From the human T2T-CHM13v2.0 reference genome, Homo sapiens, in NCBI RefSeq assembly GCF_009914755.1, contig NC_060932.1: a stretch of 64,000 nt of DNA; one strand, given 5' to 3'. The translations under genes were made by a program, and so were the position numbers. Under the pieces are notes generated by a model. That model had not been told where the DNA came from and did not search any database. It saw only the letters and a list, made by a program, of their open reading frames with translations. Every line of letters begins with the position of its first letter. The stretch's first letter is position 1. Below, piece after piece: positions 61,331 through 64,000 of the stretch.

Positions 61331-62875
61331 ATTACTTTTACTATCATTTCAGCAATTGTACCTGTGTGGCCATTACAATGCCTTACATGTAATAAGTCCT
61401 TGTTAAACATTAGTTGCAGTGGGTTAATTTGGCAAATGATTTTGCAATGTAAAAGTCATCGTAGTATTATATTAAGTATGTTCTATTCCACCCGACTTAA
61501 AACATGATTCAATTCAAGAATTTTTAATGTAAATAAATTTTCAAAAATAAATGTCTAGGGCAAAATCAGACCTGTCTACTTGTTGCATCTTGACTAAAAA
61601 TTGGTCAAGGTATCTGTAAATAAGTTGCTTTATACAGTTGCTGTTCAACATTATGGATATATACAGATGATCAGGCAAGTTCTGCTTTGTACTTTAAACT
61701 AGTAAGATGATCACTTTTGCATGAAGTGAAACTGTAGCCAGAAGACCACTATGAGATAGAAGCACATACTTAATGATACAGCTTTTTCCCCCTCTTTACT
61801 AGTCCAAAGAAGGGCTTGAAGATTACAGTTCTGATTTCGTTTCCTTTTTGATTGGGAAAATGTGGTAGATATAAGATCTTGGAAATGCCATTTGAAGTAA
61901 ATTAACAGAAACCTATGAAACATAGTTAACCATAGATATAGTCTGACAGTAAGAAGAATATTGTGAGAAGCGGAGGAAATCCTAGAATGACTGTGTATTA
62001 CTCTGACAGTGAATTGGTATTATCTCTGCTATCAGATAATGCAGTTATCATTAATTTTCACATTTGCATTTCAATCTTTGGAAGGAAATGACTCTTGCCG
62101 GATGAAGATAAGAGCTCTGTACCACTATAATGAACCATCATTTTATCTCAATGCTTTGTGTCCATATGAAAATGAGGCAGAGAGGAATGTGTGTGTATGT
62201 GTGTGTGTGCTCACGTGTGTGTATTGGGGGGGTCAGGAAAATATTATAACAAAGTGTCAAAAACTGGTACAGACTTTTGAGCCCTTTATGAAACAAGAGG
62301 GGGTAAAAAATAAATCTTCTGTAGTGTAGTTAAGTGGATATCGGATTAAAAGATGAAAGCCTGGCTCTTTGTAGAACAGAATGCCACATGAACACAGTAA
62401 AAAAGTTCTCTTTTATTCCCTACTCCAGTTTGCACTCTCATATAGAATTAGGACAGACATAAACACAACCAAAAAGAAAAAAAAAAGTAGGTTGGATCAC
62501 TGGAAAGACAGCTAATGTCTTTGATTCACAAACAACTTTATAAAGTATACCAATTTATTATTACTATTATGATGATTATACTTCTTCAGCTGTGTAAGAA
62601 TGGGAACTAAGTATATTTAGATAGTGGCTTGTTTTAGAGTTTGCAAACATCTAATTTGTTTACATAAGTTAAATTGAGAAATTCAAGTTAAAGATAATGA
62701 ATTTGAGATAAATTTTCCTTGGACCTTTTCATTGCAGTGACCTTTTCATGAGACACAGTACTGGAAAATGGATACAGTGTCAAATTTTATAATTATCTTA
62801 TGGGCCCCCAAATATATGACAATTCACCAATTATTTACAGTAGAAGCTCCCTCTCTAAAACTTACTGATGAAAGC

Positions 62876-63290
62876 TATTTTGGGTTGGGTTCTATACCGC
62901 CAAATTTATATGTTCAAATTCTAACCTTCAGTACCTCAGAATGTGGTGTTCTTTGGAAATAGGGTTGTTGGAGATATAATTGGTTAAGATGAGGTCATGG
63001 TAAAGTAGGGTGGACCCTTAATCCAGTATAACTGCTCTTCTCTGGGAGACATGCAGGAGAATGCCTTGTGGAGATAAAGGCAGAGACCCCAGTGATACTT
63101 CTACATGCCAAGGAAAGCTAAAGATTGCCAGTAAACCACCAGAAGCTAGAGGAGAGAGACATGGAACCGATACTTCGTCATGGCCCTCGGAGGGAACCAT
63201 TGCCGTTGACACCTTGATCTTGGACTTTTAACCTCCAGAACTGTGAAACAATGAATTCCTGTTATTTCAGCCACTCAGCAAACTGACACA
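62876..63290 (+). mobile_element. MLT1B/C-like MaLR solo LTR
   Basis: tacctcagaatgtg...tttggaaataggg...ttaagatgaggtcat...ccaccagaagctagagga...gacaccttgatcttggactt...cctccagaactgtga. Confidence 0.85.
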
Positions 63291-63956
63291 GCAGCCAGGA
63301 GTTAGAAGGAAACTATGTGGGCAGTCACTTATATGCTTCCCAGGCATACTTTTTACTATAATTTTTAATTTATTTTAAATATTGTCTAAACCTATGAAAT
63401 ATGTTCACAAAAATATATTATTTCTATGAAAACTGTGTTGAAACCTTCAAAAGACTGGATAAAGGAAAATCACTAAAAAATGTAGGTGTGGTCAGAAAAC
63501 TTTGAATAATTTGCGAGAAAAATCTTAAAAAATGTTAAAGAAACTTCACTTAAATAGCTTTGCAAAAGCTTTTACATCCTCCATTCTAATGAAACAAACT
63601 AGAAATCATACATAAAGGATGTGAATGCTGTTTATACAAGTGAAACACAAATTGGTTGGTCTATATAAAATTCTAGACCCTATATCAAAAGTTTGATGCT
63701 TTTATGCATTATGAAGTAAAATATAATGCTTATAACACTATTTTAAAAACATTTCTATGGTTTGAATAACCACTACCCACCCCAGTTGTGTCCACTAACA
63801 GGGTTTTACTGTGTTCTTTCTCGTTGAACCATAATTCAGCTTAGAATGCATCTCAACAGGGCACTTTAGAAAGACACTACGAGTCAGTAGGAATTGGTAT
63901 ATAAGAAATATCTTTGCCATTCTTTTTATAACCTCCATTATTAAAATGTATGCACT

Positions 63957-64000
63957 GTCCAGGCATGGTGTCTCATGCCTGTAATCCCAGTGCTTTGGGA
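63957..64000 (+). mobile_element. Alu 5' end cut by the window edge
   Basis: ccaggcatggtgtctcatgcctgtaatcccagtgctttggga. Confidence 0.85.

Overview
This is primate (human-like) genomic DNA, AT-rich and mostly intronic. It holds two short plus-strand coding exons that I recognise as exons 2 (30619-30777, 159 nt) and 3 (55771-55872, 102 nt) of ZFPM2/FOG2. The rest is the end of intron 1, all of intron 2 and the start of intron 3, filled with Alu, L1, L2, MIR, LTR and DNA-transposon fossils and microsatellites. Nearly all ORFs in the supplied track are repeat-derived or spurious, and I see no prokaryote-style system. The most interesting observations are: (1) both exons are phase-1/phase-1 multiples of three and are bracketed by inverted Alu-family repeats, so an exon 2-3 circle (261 nt) would carry a stop-free main frame and a junction-spanning 74-aa basic ORF; (2) a composite Alu has captured about 175 bp of a neighbouring Alu's 3' flank; (3) there are two 5'-inverted L1 insertions, one only 85 bp long; (4) one endonuclease site appears to have been reused, giving a triple TSD; (5) there is an inverted Tigger1 and several small replication scars. 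Repeat subfamily calls come from remembered consensus sequences, not from a search.
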